Assembly: GCA_050950285.1 (NCBI GenBank)
Contig: JBMNHG010000003.1
Span: 428,337 to 492,336, forward strand
Reading direction: 5' to 3'
Origin: Kiritimatiellia bacterium
GTDB lineage: Bacteria > Verrucomicrobiota > Kiritimatiellia > RFP12 > JBMNHG01
Length of the DNA: 64,000 bases
Part shown: positions 1-10,137 of the stretch, piece after piece
Layout of the letters: every line of letters begins with the position of its first letter
How positions within the stretch are numbered: the first letter of the stretch is position 1
The notes under the pieces: model-generated
Told to the model about the DNA's origin: nothing
The model's database searches: none
What the model saw: only the letters and a program-made list of their open reading frames with translations
Translations under genes and position numbers: made by a program

Positions 1-3000
1 GCGGCGTGTTCGAGGCGGCGGCGGCTTCGGCCGCCTGGCGGGGGCGGAACACCTGCTTGAAGATGCGGCCGTTGCGCAGGCGGGCGGAGACGACCAGGTC
101 GGCCGAGGTGTCGAGGGGGCGGGGGAGCAGGGCGACCAGCGAGCAGCCGTCCCCGGTGAAGTACGCCGGGACGGCCTGGCCGCCGAGCTGCACGTCCTGT
201 GCGTCGAGCGCGCGGTTCGGCCAGGGGAGCGTCGATTCGATCCTCACGGCGTCGGGCGGTTCGGAGAGCAGTTCCGCGCGCAGGCCGGGGCCCGTGGGCG
301 GGGTTACGCCCCATGCGACGACGGCGCGCCGCGGATCGACGGATTTCGGGAGTTCGAGGGTGGAGACGCGTCCTCCGGGCATCTTCCCCGCGGCCGCCTC
401 CAGTTCGTCCAGCGTGGCCCGCAGTTCCGCCGGGCCGGAAAGGAGCGGCGGGCCGTTGAGGATGGGGCGCAGGTTGCGGATGGCATACCAGGCGCCGGGC
501 GGCGTGGCGGTCAGGCCCTGCTGCGCCTCGCCGGGCTGGAAGACGCCGAAGCCCTCGAACTCGACGTACAGGTTGGTCAGGGCCTTTTCCGGGGGGATCC
601 AGGCGGTCACGGGCGTCCAGACCCGCTCCTTCGCGCCTTCGGGCGTGGCGGGGACGTCCGCCGATCCCGCGAGGCGCCGGGGGCCTCGCGTTTCGAAGCC
701 TCCTCCCAGCGGGAAGGAGTAGAGCGCGTTCGTGATGCCGGAGGCCTCGCACAGGGCGAATCCCAGTTCGGGGCGCGCCTTCGGGTGGCGCGCCACCTCG
801 AAGCTCCAGCCGAGGATGGTGTGCAGCGGCTTGGGCGGAAGGGTGGATCGCACGGAGAACTCGCCTCCGCCGAGGCTCGCTTCCACGCGCATCGTGGGGC
901 GCCCGTCCCGGTCGGCGGCGAAGGAGAGCCGGGGGCGGCTCACGGGGTCCGCCGCGACCCAAAGCGAAGGATCCAGCATTTCGACCGGCCACGTCGAGGC
1001 CAGCACGTTGGTGATGCCGGACGGCACGGCGGCGGGCGGCGTCTTCCGGGACGGGGCCTTCGTGGCGGCCGCGTCCGCGGGCAGTTCGCGCATGCCGAAC
1101 CGCCGGGGCCGGATCTCCTCCGCGAGGATGCGGACGCGGGAGACCATCATCGAGTTGCGGTAGGTCCAGATGCCGAACAGCCCGGAGGCGATGGGATCGG
1201 GGTCTTCCCACGCGAAGACGGGCACGTTGTCGAAGAAGTACTCCAGGCGCGCGCCGAGGCGGCGCAGGCGCATCGCGTACCAGGCGCCGTGCACGTCGCG
1301 GCCCGCCGCCACGAGGGGCTCGACGACGAGCCGCGCGTTGCCGCTGCGGAAGCGCGGCGCGAGGTAGCGGTCGGAGACGGCCTGGGTTTCGCCGTCGCGG
1401 AGCAGGCGGGTGCGGAGCTGCGAGGAGTCCGGATCCCAGCCGGTGCAGATCACGGAGTACCCGTCGCCCGTCGCGCCCTTCCGGCTGCAGACCGTGAGAT
1501 TGAAGTCGCCGATGCGGTCGTACCAGCCGTGGCGGTTGCCGGCGTAGAACTCCATGCTGAAGTCGCCGCCCACCTCCATTTTCGACCACAGCGCGGCGAG
1601 GGAGTCGGCGTTCTCGCCGTTCATGTGCGACCAGGACGGCTCGCACTGGAAGCGGTTCACCACCTCCCACCGTCCGCCGTTGATGGTCCAGGCGGCAAGC
1701 GACTCGTTGAAGAGGCAGTCCACCACGTGGTCGCGGACGACGCGCGTGCGTCGCAAGTGGTCGATGGACAGCCCCGTGACGCGCACCCGCCGCCCGCCGG
1801 GACGTCCGGGGAGATGCACGCGGGCCAGCAGGCCCGTGGAGCAGTCCACCCAGAAGAGGCGGCCGTCGAGATGGGCGGTGGCGATGCGGTGGTCCGCCGC
1901 GGCCACCGCGCCTTCCGCGGCGAAGTGCGCGTTGGGAATGGCCTCCAGCGGGAAAGAAACCTCCGCGAGGGGCGCGCCGGCCGCGTCGGTCGCCCGCAGG
2001 ACGACCGTCCCGTCCCTCACGGCGACCTGGCAGGCCCCGGGAAGCGCTTCGGGCGTGGGGGCGACGATCGGGGCGCCCGGCGCGGGCGGCGGCGGCGCGA
2101 AGTCCTCGCCCTCCTTGTGCTCCGGTTCGGGGACGGCGAGGTGCAGCTCCATCGGATCCGCGAACGGAAGGCTCACGTCGATTCGCCCGAGGAAGTCGGA
2201 GCGGAACCAGGCGTTGCCATCGGCGACCTGCAGCCATTGGCCCTCCGGCGAGGCCCAGTTCTTCATGAAGAGGTCCCGCACGAAGCTCGGGTTCTTCTCG
2301 AAGCGGTCGCGGTAGACGGGGACGGAGGCACGGGCGAGCGGCAGGAGGGCCCGGGTTCCCGTGCCGGCGCCGACCCACAGGCCGCACGCGCCCTCGACGG
2401 GGCCGCGCACGGAGGCCATGACAAGCCGTTCGCCGTCGAGGAAGCCGGCGATTCCGCCGTCTTCCGTCGCGTCCAGCACGAGGTGGAAGTTCTTCGCGCC
2501 CGAGGCGGGCAGGCGGTGTTCGTCCACCGTTTCGCCGCCGAACGCCAGGCGCACGACGAGGGCGTCCGGCCCGCGTTCCACGCCGAGACGCCAGCAGGGG
2601 GCGTCCGGGCCCGTCCAGCCCGCGAGGAGGCCGAACGCGGTGCAGCCGGAGTCGGGGGTGAAGACGGTTTCGAAGCGTCGGGCGGGATCGGCCGTCGAAC
2701 CGGCGACCCAAATCCCCTCGGTGCCTTTTTCCGCCGCGAGCGAGAGGTGCGAGGCGGTCGCGAAGGGCGTGTCGCGCGGCGGCGGCGTCTTGTTGGGGAG
2801 GCCCGCGTGCGCGCGGACGCGCGCGGTGGCCGCCAGCGTCTGGAAGGCCAGGTCGCCGGGGCCGTCGAGCAGGAGGTCGCCGTGCGTGCCCGCCGCGACG
2901 TCGTCGAACCGCGCGCCGTCCCCGCCGTCCTGGAAGAGGCCGAACTGCCCGCCGGGCGGGAGCGCGCCCTCGTAGGAGAAGACGGCGACGCCGTCCACGA

Positions 3001-3967
3001 GGCAGTCGATGCGTCCCGGGAAGACGCGCGCTTCGAGGGCGTACCATTGGCCGGGAAGGAGGTCGGTCGCCACGGAGCGCAGCGTTTCGCGGGGTGCGGC
3101 GGAATCGTCGAGCCGCCCGCGCCACAGGTCGAAGGCGAGGCATCCGTCCTCCGGGTTGTCGCGGCAGGTGAAGCCGTAGGCGCGGAGATCCCCGCCCACG
3201 AGGAAGACGATGCCGTTGGTGCCGCCGTCGTGGTGGAGGGCGGCCTTCATGCGGTAGTTGCAGTAGAAGGTTTCGCCCGCCACGATCGAGGCGTGTTCGC
3301 CGCGGCCTTCGAGGCTGTAGAAGTTCGGGCTGTGCGCGGCGGTGGGCTGGCGCCCGAGTTTCGCCTTGGCGACCGCGCCGCTCACGGTGCCGGTCACCGT
3401 GTGCATCCGCCAGTCGCCGGCGAGGATCTCCCAGTTGCGGAGCGGGTCGGCGGTGTCTTCGGGCACCATGAAGGCGTCCTCGAAGCGGAAGGAGCCAAGG
3501 CGCTGCTGGTAGTCGGAAGGGGCGCCCATCTCATCGGGCGGGAGACGGTCCGCGGGCGTGCAAAGGCGCACCGATCCCTCCCACGGCTCGGGGAAGCGCG
3601 CCGCGGGATGGCGGTCCACGAACAGGGTCCAGCCGTCCGGAAGGCGGCGCCACGCGAGCTCGATCCACTCGCCTTCGGGCGCGGCGAAGGGCGTCGGCTC
3701 GAAGGCGCGCGGCGCGAACGAGCCTTTCGCAAGCTGGGCGCCCTTCTTCGGCACGAGCGACAGTTCCACCGCCTCGCCCGTGGCGGCGTTCTCGAGGCGC
3801 ACGGGCAGCGAGCCGTCCTTCCACAGGCAGGAGACCGTGGCCAGCAGGCTCCGCTCCGCCGATTCGGTCCGGGGCGACCACGCGCCGGCGCCTGCCGCTT
3901 CCGCCCGGACGCTCCACGGCCCCCCCGTCATCCAGGCCGCCAGGCAAAATAGGAAAACCTTCTTCAT
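1..3967 (-). CDS. Large secreted protein (>1300 aa, runs off the left edge) with several concanavalin/LamG/DUF1080-like beta-sandwich regions
   Basis: Missing from the ORF track, apparently because it has no stop inside the window. ATG at 3967 follows GGAGG. N-terminus MKKVFLFCLAAWMTGGPWSVRA looks like a signal peptide. Segments such as WEILAGDWR, WTINGGRWEVVNRF and EYFFDNVPVFAWEDPDPIASGLFGIW fit beta-sandwich domains. It is the exact antisense frame of the + ORF 785..3952. Confidence 0.8.
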   Translation of the reverse strand, partial: MKKVFLFCLAAWMTGGPWSVRAEAAGAGAWSPRTESAERSLLATVSCLWKDGSLPVRLENAATGEAVELSLVPKKGAQLAKGSFAPRAFEPTPFAAPEGEWIELAWRRLPDGWTLFVDRHPAARFPEPWEGSVRLCTPADRLPPDEMGAPSDYQQRLGSFRFEDAFMVPEDTADPLRNWEILAGDWRMHTVTGTVSGAVAKAKLGRQPTAAHSPNFYSLEGRGEHASIVAGETFYCNYRMKAALHHDGGTNGIVFLVGGDLRAYGFTCRDNPEDGCLAFDLWRGRLDDSAAPRETLRSVATDLLPGQWYALEARVFPGRIDCLVDGVAVFSYEGALPPGGQFGLFQDGGDGARFDDVAAGTHGDLLLDGPGDLAFQTLAATARVRAHAGLPNKTPPPRDTPFATASHLSLAAEKGTEGIWVAGSTADPARRFETVFTPDSGCTAFGLLAGWTGPDAPCWRLGVERGPDALVVRLAFGGETVDEHRLPASGAKNFHLVLDATEDGGIAGFLDGERLVMASVRGPVEGACGLWVGAGTGTRALLPLARASVPVYRDRFEKNPSFVRDLFMKNWASPEGQWLQVADGNAWFRSDFLGRIDVSLPFADPMELHLAVPEPEHKEGEDFAPPPPAPGAPIVAPTPEALPGACQVAVRDGTVVLRATDAAGAPLAEVSFPLEAIPNAHFAAEGAVAAADHRIATAHLDGRLFWVDCSTGLLARVHLPGRPGGRRVRVTGLSIDHLRRTRVVRDHVVDCLFNESLAAWTINGGRWEVVNRFQCEPSWSHMNGENADSLAALWSKMEVGGDFSMEFYAGNRHGWYDRIGDFNLTVCSRKGATGDGYSVICTGWDPDSSQLRTRLLRDGETQAVSDRYLAPRFRSGNARLVVEPLVAAGRDVHGAWYAMRLRRLGARLEYFFDNVPVFAWEDPDPIASGLFGIWTYRNSMMVSRVRILAEEIRPRRFGMRELPADAAATKAPSRKTPPAAVPSGITNVLASTWPVEMLDPSLWVAADPVSRPRLSFAADRDGRPTMRVEASLGGGEFSVRSTLPPKPLHTILGWSFEVARHPKARPELGFALCEASGITNALYSFPLGGGFETRGPRRLAGSADVPATPEGAKERVWTPVTAWIPPEKALTNLYVEFEGFGVFQPGEAQQGLTATPPGAWYAIRNLRPILNGPPLLSGPAELRATLDELEAAAGKMPGGRVSTLELPKSVDPRRAVVAWGVTPPTGPGLRAELLSEPPDAVRIESTLPWPNRALDAQDVQLGGQAVPAYFTGDGCSLVALLPRPLDTSADLVVSARLRNGRIFKQVFRPRQAAEAAAASNTP

Positions 3968-4015
3968 GAAACCTCCCGAAAATCGTTCGCGCACGCGGCG
4001 CACGGTAAGACGGAT

Positions 4016-4031
4016 AGCACAAGACGTGCCA
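4016..4031 (-). promoter_or_regulatory. Sigma-54 (-24/-12) promoter
   Basis: Minus strand reads TGGCACGTCTTGTGCT, which has GG-N10-GC spacing and nearly matches TGGCACG-N4-TTGC. It lies about 50 bp upstream of the ATG at 3967. Confidence 0.7.
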
Positions 4032-4130
4032 TTGATGGTCCGAGGCATGTGATCCATCTCCCCGGAATCGTGCGTTTCGGATCGTGCGTTTCGGAGTGCA
4101 TCTTGTTCCGTCCTGCGGTATCATGGCTCC

Positions 4131-7100
4131 ATGCTGCGTTTGGATTTGCTCTTGTGCCTGCTTGCGCTCGTCTCCGGCGCGGCGTCGCTTTGCGGCGGCG
4201 TCGCGGCGGCGGGATGCATGCCGTCCGGGGGGATTGCCCCTGCCGCGGCGTTTGCGGCGGGCCTGGCGCCGGCCGTTCTTGCGGCCTCGTCCGTGCGGGT
4301 TTCGCGGCGGACGGAAGCGCTGGCGTTGTGCGTGTTGCACATCGTTTTGGCAGGGATCCTCCCGTTCGCGTCCGGGTCGGCGGGTCTGGCGGCCGCCACG
4401 CTGGTTCTCGACGGTGTCGTGGCGGGCGCATCGGGGATCTTTCTCGCGCACGTCGCGCTGGGGTGCCCTTCGGGGCGTGGCGGCTTCACGCTTGCGGGCG
4501 CGCCGCGCGTGGCGACGATCGCGGCCTGGATGGCGCTTGGCGCGGCGGCGGGGTGGGTCGCCGGCGGGATGCTGGCCGCGCCTGCGGGCGGATTCCGCGC
4601 GGTCTCGCGGGTTGCCGGCGGATGCTCGGGGCTGGCGGCGCTGCTGTCCCTGCCGCTGGCGGCGGGCGTTTCGAAGTTGCAGGACTCGGCCCCCCCCGTC
4701 GCGCCGGGCCGCGTGGTGTTGCTTCCGGCTTTTCCGGGCATGCTGCTGCTGGGGGTTCTCGCCGCGGTTGGATTGGGCGCGTGGAACCGGATTTTCCGGG
4801 TTGTCCTTGGTGCGCAGGCGTGGACGTCCGTGCAACTTGCGGCGGTGGTCCTGGTCGCGGCGGCGCTGGGCCTCCTTGCGGGGGCGCGCCGTGCCCGGAA
4901 CAGCGTGACGCCGTTGGCCGTGGCGGCGCTGTGCACGGCATCGGGCGGGCTTTTCCTGCTGTTGCCGCTCGCGTGGATCTCCTCGACGATCGAACTGGGG
5001 CTGTGGCCGAAGGCGGCGGACGCCTTCGGGCGGGTGCTGGCCTTCCGATGGATGGCCATGGCCACGGCCGTGGCGCCGGCGGCCTTTCTGCTCGGCCATG
5101 CCGCCGCGACGCTGCTGGAGGCGACGGCCCGGCGGATCCCCGGCTGGGCTCCGGGCGACGATCCCCCCCGGTGGCTTTATGGGATGTGGGGCGTCTCGCT
5201 GGGGCTGGGCGGCTGGGCGGGCGCGCTCCTGCTGCCGCAGCTGACGCCGCGTCTGGGCGTGGTGGGCCTGTTGCGGGCCGGAGCCGTCCTGGGGGCGGTT
5301 TCCCTTTCGATCCCCCTTGTCTTCCTCCATCGCAGGCCGGCGCAGGACAAGAGGCGGATGGTCCTTGATGTCGCTCTTCCTGGCGCGGGGATGGCCGCGG
5401 CGCTTCTGGCGGGGATCCTGTGGAGAGCGCCGGACGTTCCGCTCCTGTCGGACGGCGTCTTCTCCCGTTCCCTCCGGGCGGGCCGCGCGATACGGGGCCC
5501 GAACGGGCCGATCCGCTTCCACTCCGACGGCGCGAAGCGCGCGGTGTCCGTCGCCGGGTTCCCCGACGGGACGCTCGAACTGGATCTGGACGGCAAACCG
5601 GAGATGAACTCGGCGGGCGACCTCCCGAACCAGCTGCTGGTGGCGCACGTGCCGCTGCTTCTCCATCCGCATGCGGAGCGGGTGGCCGTCGTGGGGCTGG
5701 GTTCGAGCGTCGCCGCGGGCGCGGCGGCGGCCTACCCCGTGAAGAAGGTCGAGTGCGTGGACGACGAGCCGGCGGTCTTGGAGGCCGCGCGGCTTTTCGG
5801 CAGCGTCAACGCGGAGGTCTTCGACGACCCGCGCGTGGAGGTCGCGTGCGGCGACGTCCGGCGCTTCCTGCTCGATCGCCCCGGGCGCTACGACGTGGTG
5901 ATCTCCCAGCCGTCCAACCCCTGGCTCGCCGGGATGGAGTTCCGCTTCACGCGGGAATACTTCGATGCGGCGCGGGGTTCGCTGGGCCCCGACGGCATCT
6001 TCTGCGGCTGGATTGAAGGGTACGGAATGGACTTCGGCTCCTTCCGGCGCGTGGTCGCGACCTTCCTCGATGTGTTTCCAAACGCGATGCTGTGGTGCGG
6101 ACAGCCCTGCGAATACCTGGTCGTGGGGTCGATGGAACCCTTCTCCGTCCCCGCCGACCGGCTTCTGGCGCATTTCGAGTGGCCCGACGTCTCGCGCAGC
6201 CTCTCCGTGCTGGGCATCCGTTCGCTGCCCGACTTCGCCTCCGCGTTCGTGGCCGACACCGACGGACTCCGCGGGCTGGCCGGCGACGCCCGGCCGCTGA
6301 CGGACGCGACCACTCCGCTCGCCTTCGCCGCCGCGCGGTCGATGCGCGATCCCGCCACCCCCGCCCGGGCCATGGAGGGGGTCGAGGCGCACCGCGCGAA
6401 ACGCGCCACGTGGCTCTCTCTCGGGCGCATGGACCCTGCGGTCTTCGCGGCGCTCGACGATCGCATCACGCGCTACCTCGCCGCGCGCGGGGAGGCCACC
6501 GCCGCACGGCATGTCGCCTTCTTCACGAACCGCGAACAGGGCTTCGCCCGCGCCCGCGCCGGCGCCCGCCTCAATCCGGACGATGCCTTCCTCCTCCGGA
6601 TGGCGGACGACATCACGCAGGAGGGACGCTGGGCGATGGCCAACAAAGACTACGCGCTCGCGTCGCTCCGCTACTCCGAACTGCTCGACCTCCAGACGAA
6701 TTCCGTGATCGCCCATCTCGGCTCCGGAGCGGCCGACAAGCATCTCGGGCGGAAGGAGTCGGCCTACTGGCACTTCATCCGCGCCGTCGCGATCGACCCC
6801 ATCCGCCTCGACAGCCGCCTCGCCCTCGCGGGCGCCGCCTGGGAAGTCGGCGACGTCGCCGAAAGCATCCGCCAGTACCGCTATGCGCTTGAACTGGATC
6901 CGGAGAGCATCCCGGCACTTCACAACCTCGCCGTGCTCCTCGGCCATGCCGACGAGTCGCTGCGGGATCCGGAGGAAGCCGTCGCCCTCGCCACGCGCGC
7001 CTGCGAACTGGAGGGCTGGGCGAACGATCGCCTGGTGACGACGCTGGTGAACCTCTGCAACGAGTTTGGACGCCCGATGGACGCCCTCCAGGCCCGCGAA

Positions 7101-7133
7101 CGCTTCCGCGAGGCGCAACGGAGGAGCCACTGA
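4131..7133 (+). CDS. Fused multi-TM / spermidine-synthase-like SAM-binding protein with C-terminal TPRs
   Basis: Multi-TM N-half, then LDGK, VVGLGSS, GDVRRFL, YDVVISQPSNPW and FTREYF motifs. C-terminal TPR-like helices (ALELDPESIPALHNLAVLL). Confidence 0.8.
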   Translation: MLRLDLLLCLLALVSGAASLCGGVAAAGCMPSGGIAPAAAFAAGLAPAVLAASSVRVSRRTEALALCVLHIVLAGILPFASGSAGLAAATLVLDGVVAGASGIFLAHVALGCPSGRGGFTLAGAPRVATIAAWMALGAAAGWVAGGMLAAPAGGFRAVSRVAGGCSGLAALLSLPLAAGVSKLQDSAPPVAPGRVVLLPAFPGMLLLGVLAAVGLGAWNRIFRVVLGAQAWTSVQLAAVVLVAAALGLLAGARRARNSVTPLAVAALCTASGGLFLLLPLAWISSTIELGLWPKAADAFGRVLAFRWMAMATAVAPAAFLLGHAAATLLEATARRIPGWAPGDDPPRWLYGMWGVSLGLGGWAGALLLPQLTPRLGVVGLLRAGAVLGAVSLSIPLVFLHRRPAQDKRRMVLDVALPGAGMAAALLAGILWRAPDVPLLSDGVFSRSLRAGRAIRGPNGPIRFHSDGAKRAVSVAGFPDGTLELDLDGKPEMNSAGDLPNQLLVAHVPLLLHPHAERVAVVGLGSSVAAGAAAAYPVKKVECVDDEPAVLEAARLFGSVNAEVFDDPRVEVACGDVRRFLLDRPGRYDVVISQPSNPWLAGMEFRFTREYFDAARGSLGPDGIFCGWIEGYGMDFGSFRRVVATFLDVFPNAMLWCGQPCEYLVVGSMEPFSVPADRLLAHFEWPDVSRSLSVLGIRSLPDFASAFVADTDGLRGLAGDARPLTDATTPLAFAAARSMRDPATPARAMEGVEAHRAKRATWLSLGRMDPAVFAALDDRITRYLAARGEATAARHVAFFTNREQGFARARAGARLNPDDAFLLRMADDITQEGRWAMANKDYALASLRYSELLDLQTNSVIAHLGSGAADKHLGRKESAYWHFIRAVAIDPIRLDSRLALAGAAWEVGDVAESIRQYRYALELDPESIPALHNLAVLLGHADESLRDPEEAVALATRACELEGWANDRLVTTLVNLCNEFGRPMDALQARERFREAQRRSH

Positions 7134-7172
7134 GCGGATGCGAAACCATCGCCCGCCCCTCGACTTCCGTCA

Positions 7173-7202
7173 TTGCCTCCCCCCTTCGTGCTTTAGTATA
7201 CT
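7173..7202 (+). promoter_or_regulatory. Sigma-70-type promoter (near-leaderless)
   Basis: TTGCCT-N18-TATACT, 9 nt before ATG 7212, with no SD sequence. Confidence 0.55.
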
Positions 7203-7211
7203 CCCCCGAAA

Positions 7212-8312
7212 ATGAGATTGCTTTTCCATCGCGTGGCGTGCGTTGCGCTGGCCGTTTGCCTCGGCGCATCCTCCGGGATCGCGCAGCAGGCCGCGAAAAA
7301 GGCCGCTTCCAAGGTGTCCGGTGCGGCGCCCGTGAAGGCGCGCGTCTTCCTGGTGGACGCCGAAACGGATCAGACGATGGTCTTCAGCGGCATCGGCGAT
7401 GGGTTTGTGGTCGCCGTCAGGGATGGCTCCGCCGCCCCTCCGCAAAAGCTCGAGTTCAAGGCGATCGAACGCGTCGAGTTCCTGGTCGACCTCGATCGTT
7501 TCGCCGTGGCGCGCGCGGTCCGCAAGTCGGACTGGGTCACCGCCATCCGGCTGCTCGGGAAGGCGCTCAACCCCGCGCTCCCGTACCTTGCCGTTCCCGA
7601 AAACAACGCCGCCCAGGACGCCCTCGACCTCGGCACCTACATGATCCGCGCCGCCGAGCGCACCGTGCGCGACGGGCGGGACGAAGCCCGGCTCGCCATG
7701 GCGAAGAAGCAGTACGAAGCCGCCATCGAGGTCTTCAAGTGCGGGTCGAAGGCCGAGTGGTGCAGCGTCGGCCAGCTCTCCGTCCTCAAGGGATGCCGCT
7801 GCCAGCTCGCGATCGGAAAGCCCAAGACCGCCCGCTACTACCTGGACCAGATGGACGAGCCGCAACCCGGCGACGCCGCCTACGGCCACTACTGGCTCGT
7901 CCGCGGCGAAATCGATGCCGTGAACGGCGACTTCCGCTCCGCGATGGATGCGGCCGTGAAGTCGGTCTGCTTCGAGAGCAAGGATGTCGAGACCTTCCCG
8001 GACGCCCTGCTCCTCTCCGCCCGATGCTACGAGGAACTCTTCGAACCCCACCGCGCCCGCGACGTCTACTACGAAGTCGCCAAACTCTTCCCCGGCACCG
8101 ATTGGGCCGCGACCGCGCGCGAGAAGCTCCGCGCGCTCATGGCGGACGGCAAGACCCGCGACAAGGAGTCCGAGCCCGTCGAAAGTGTCTTTTTCGCCTT
8201 CAACGAAGACATGGACGCCCTGGCCGACGCCCTCCTCGCCGAAACCCCCGTTCCCGACGAAGAGGAAGAGGACGACGAGCCGGAGGCTCCCGGCCCCCCC
8301 GACGAAGACTGA
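7212..8312 (+). CDS. Exported TPR protein (CpoB/BamD-like helices) heading the exbBD operon
   Basis: Signal peptide, TPR-type motif PDALLLSARCYEEL...ARDVYYEVAKLFPGTDWA and an acidic tail. Directly upstream of exbB. Confidence 0.7.
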   Translation: MRLLFHRVACVALAVCLGASSGIAQQAAKKAASKVSGAAPVKARVFLVDAETDQTMVFSGIGDGFVVAVRDGSAAPPQKLEFKAIERVEFLVDLDRFAVARAVRKSDWVTAIRLLGKALNPALPYLAVPENNAAQDALDLGTYMIRAAERTVRDGRDEARLAMAKKQYEAAIEVFKCGSKAEWCSVGQLSVLKGCRCQLAIGKPKTARYYLDQMDEPQPGDAAYGHYWLVRGEIDAVNGDFRSAMDAAVKSVCFESKDVETFPDALLLSARCYEELFEPHRARDVYYEVAKLFPGTDWAATAREKLRALMADGKTRDKESEPVESVFFAFNEDMDALADALLAETPVPDEEEEDDEPEAPGPPDED

Positions 8313-8346
8313 CCGTTTCCCGTTCCCGCCATCCCTTGGAGAAACC

Positions 8347-9105
8347 ATGCACAAGAAGACGAACCTGATCGTGATGATGGGCGCATTGCTCGTGGCCGCA
8401 ACGCTGGCCGTGCGCGCGCAGGACCCCGCACCGGCCGACGGCCCTGGCTACCGCGAGCCCCCGACGAAGACGCTTCTCGACTACTGGAAGGTGGGCGGGC
8501 CCACGATGTATCCCATCGCCCTCTGCTCGGTGGTGGCCATCGCCTTCACCATCTACTGCGGCATACAGTACACCGAAAAGAAGATGATCCGCCCGGACCT
8601 CCTGCCCGTCCTCCGCGACTCCCTCGGGAAACTCGACGTGCCCGGCACCCTCTCCATCTGCAACGGGAACCCCAGCATCCTCACCAACCTGCTCGCCGCC
8701 GGCCTCAACCGCATCGGCGAGAGCGGCGTGGTGGACGTGCCCGCCATGGAGAAGGCCATGGAAGAGGCCTCCGTGGAGGAGGTCGCCGCCGGCATGAAGC
8801 CCCTCAACTACATCTCGATAGCCTCCCAGATCGCCCCGATGCTCGGCTTGCTCGGCACCGTCACCGGCATGATCGGCGCCTTCAACAAAATCGGCATGGG
8901 CAAGATGGGCGACCCCGAGGCGCTCGCCTCGAACATCGGCGAAGCCATGATCACCACCGCCGCAGGCCTGATGGTGGCCATCCCCGCGATGTTCGCCTAC
9001 TTCGCCCTGAAGGGCGTCTACATCGCCAACGTCTCGCGCATCTCGCGCGTGCTGGGCGACATGCTCCACCACCTCGCCGAGTCCACCCTCAGGCAGGAGG
9101 CCTGA
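8347..9105 (+). CDS. MotA/TolQ/ExbB proton channel protein
   Basis: GGPTMYPI, APMLGLLGTVTGMIGAF and LASNIGEAMITTAAGLMVAIPA signatures. ATG follows GGAGA. Confidence 0.93.
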   Translation: MHKKTNLIVMMGALLVAATLAVRAQDPAPADGPGYREPPTKTLLDYWKVGGPTMYPIALCSVVAIAFTIYCGIQYTEKKMIRPDLLPVLRDSLGKLDVPGTLSICNGNPSILTNLLAAGLNRIGESGVVDVPAMEKAMEEASVEEVAAGMKPLNYISIASQIAPMLGLLGTVTGMIGAFNKIGMGKMGDPEALASNIGEAMITTAAGLMVAIPAMFAYFALKGVYIANVSRISRVLGDMLHHLAESTLRQEA

Positions 9106-9140
9106 TCCCTCCCCCTTCCCGTTCCCGGAGGCGACCCCCC

Positions 9141-9566
9141 ATGCGCATCCCGATCGAAGACAAGGAAGAGACAAAGCTCCAGATGGCGCCGATGATCGAC
9201 ATGGTCTTCCTGTTGATCATCTTCTTCATGACGGCCTCCCACCTGAGCGCCAGCAAGAACATCGAGCTCGACATCCCCGACGCCTCGCGCGGCGTCGTGC
9301 CCAAAGACCGGCCGGACCGCTGGACCGTCAACATCCTCCGCGACGGCACGCTCTTCAGCGGCTCGGACGCCGTCACCCTCGAGGAGCTTTCCCGTCTCGT
9401 GGCCGATCGCGTCCTGGCCAATCCGGACATGAAGGTCTACCTCCGCGCGGACAAGGCCACGCCCCACAAGGAGGTCCGCGCCGTCATGAACGCCATGGCC
9501 GCCGCCGGCGTGGGCGACTTCATCTTCGGCGTGCACGGCCGCGACGGCGAGGAGTTCGACGAATGA
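9141..9566 (+). CDS. ExbD/TolR family biopolymer transporter subunit
   Basis: MAPMIDMVFLLIIFFM transmembrane motif with conserved Asp, and LRADK. Confidence 0.92.
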   Translation: MRIPIEDKEETKLQMAPMIDMVFLLIIFFMTASHLSASKNIELDIPDASRGVVPKDRPDRWTVNILRDGTLFSGSDAVTLEELSRLVADRVLANPDMKVYLRADKATPHKEVRAVMNAMAAAGVGDFIFGVHGRDGEEFDE

Positions 9567-10000
9567 AGGTCTCCCTCCCCGAACAGCAGGAGCCGGATCT
9601 CGACATGGCCCCGCTCATCGACATGACCTTCCTGCTGCTGATCTACTTCATCTGCACCTGCTCGTTGGTCAGCCCGGAGGCCGATCTCGGCATCCGCCTG
9701 CCCGGCATGGTCGCACAGGCCGCCACCGTCGAAATGCCCGACGAGCAGATGATCGAGGTGCGCGCCAACGGGCAGGTCTTCCTGAACGACCGCGAGTTCG
9801 ACTCCGCCACCGCCACCGAACTCCCCGAACTCGTCGCGACGCTCCAGCAATACCGCGCCTCGTCCGTCGCCAGCGGCAACAAGCCCCTCATCACCATCTG
9901 GGCGGACGACGAAACCGAACACCAGCGCGTGGTCGATGTGATGAACGCCTGCGCCGTCGCGAAAATCAAGGACGTGACCTTCGCCTCCTCCGGCCCATGA
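9563..10000 (+). CDS. Second ExbD/TolR family subunit
   Basis: MAPLIDMTFLLLIYF and IWADDETEHQRVVDVMNAC. ATGA overlap with the previous gene. Confidence 0.92.
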   Translation: MKVSLPEQQEPDLDMAPLIDMTFLLLIYFICTCSLVSPEADLGIRLPGMVAQAATVEMPDEQMIEVRANGQVFLNDREFDSATATELPELVATLQQYRASSVASGNKPLITIWADDETEHQRVVDVMNACAVAKIKDVTFASSGP

Positions 10001-10058
10001 GGCCGGGTCGGCGCCGGGAGCCGGCCAATGCGCAATGCGCGCGACGGTCATTTTCCAG

Positions 10059-10088
10059 TTGCGCCGGTTCGGGTGGTTGGGATAGAAT
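10059..10088 (+). promoter_or_regulatory. Sigma-70-type promoter of rplM-rpsI
   Basis: TTGCGC-N18-TAGAAT about 50 bp upstream of rplM. Confidence 0.5.
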
Positions 10089-10137
10089 GCACCCTTACTT
10101 TTCCCGAAGTGGACTCTGATGAACTGAAGCATCGATC

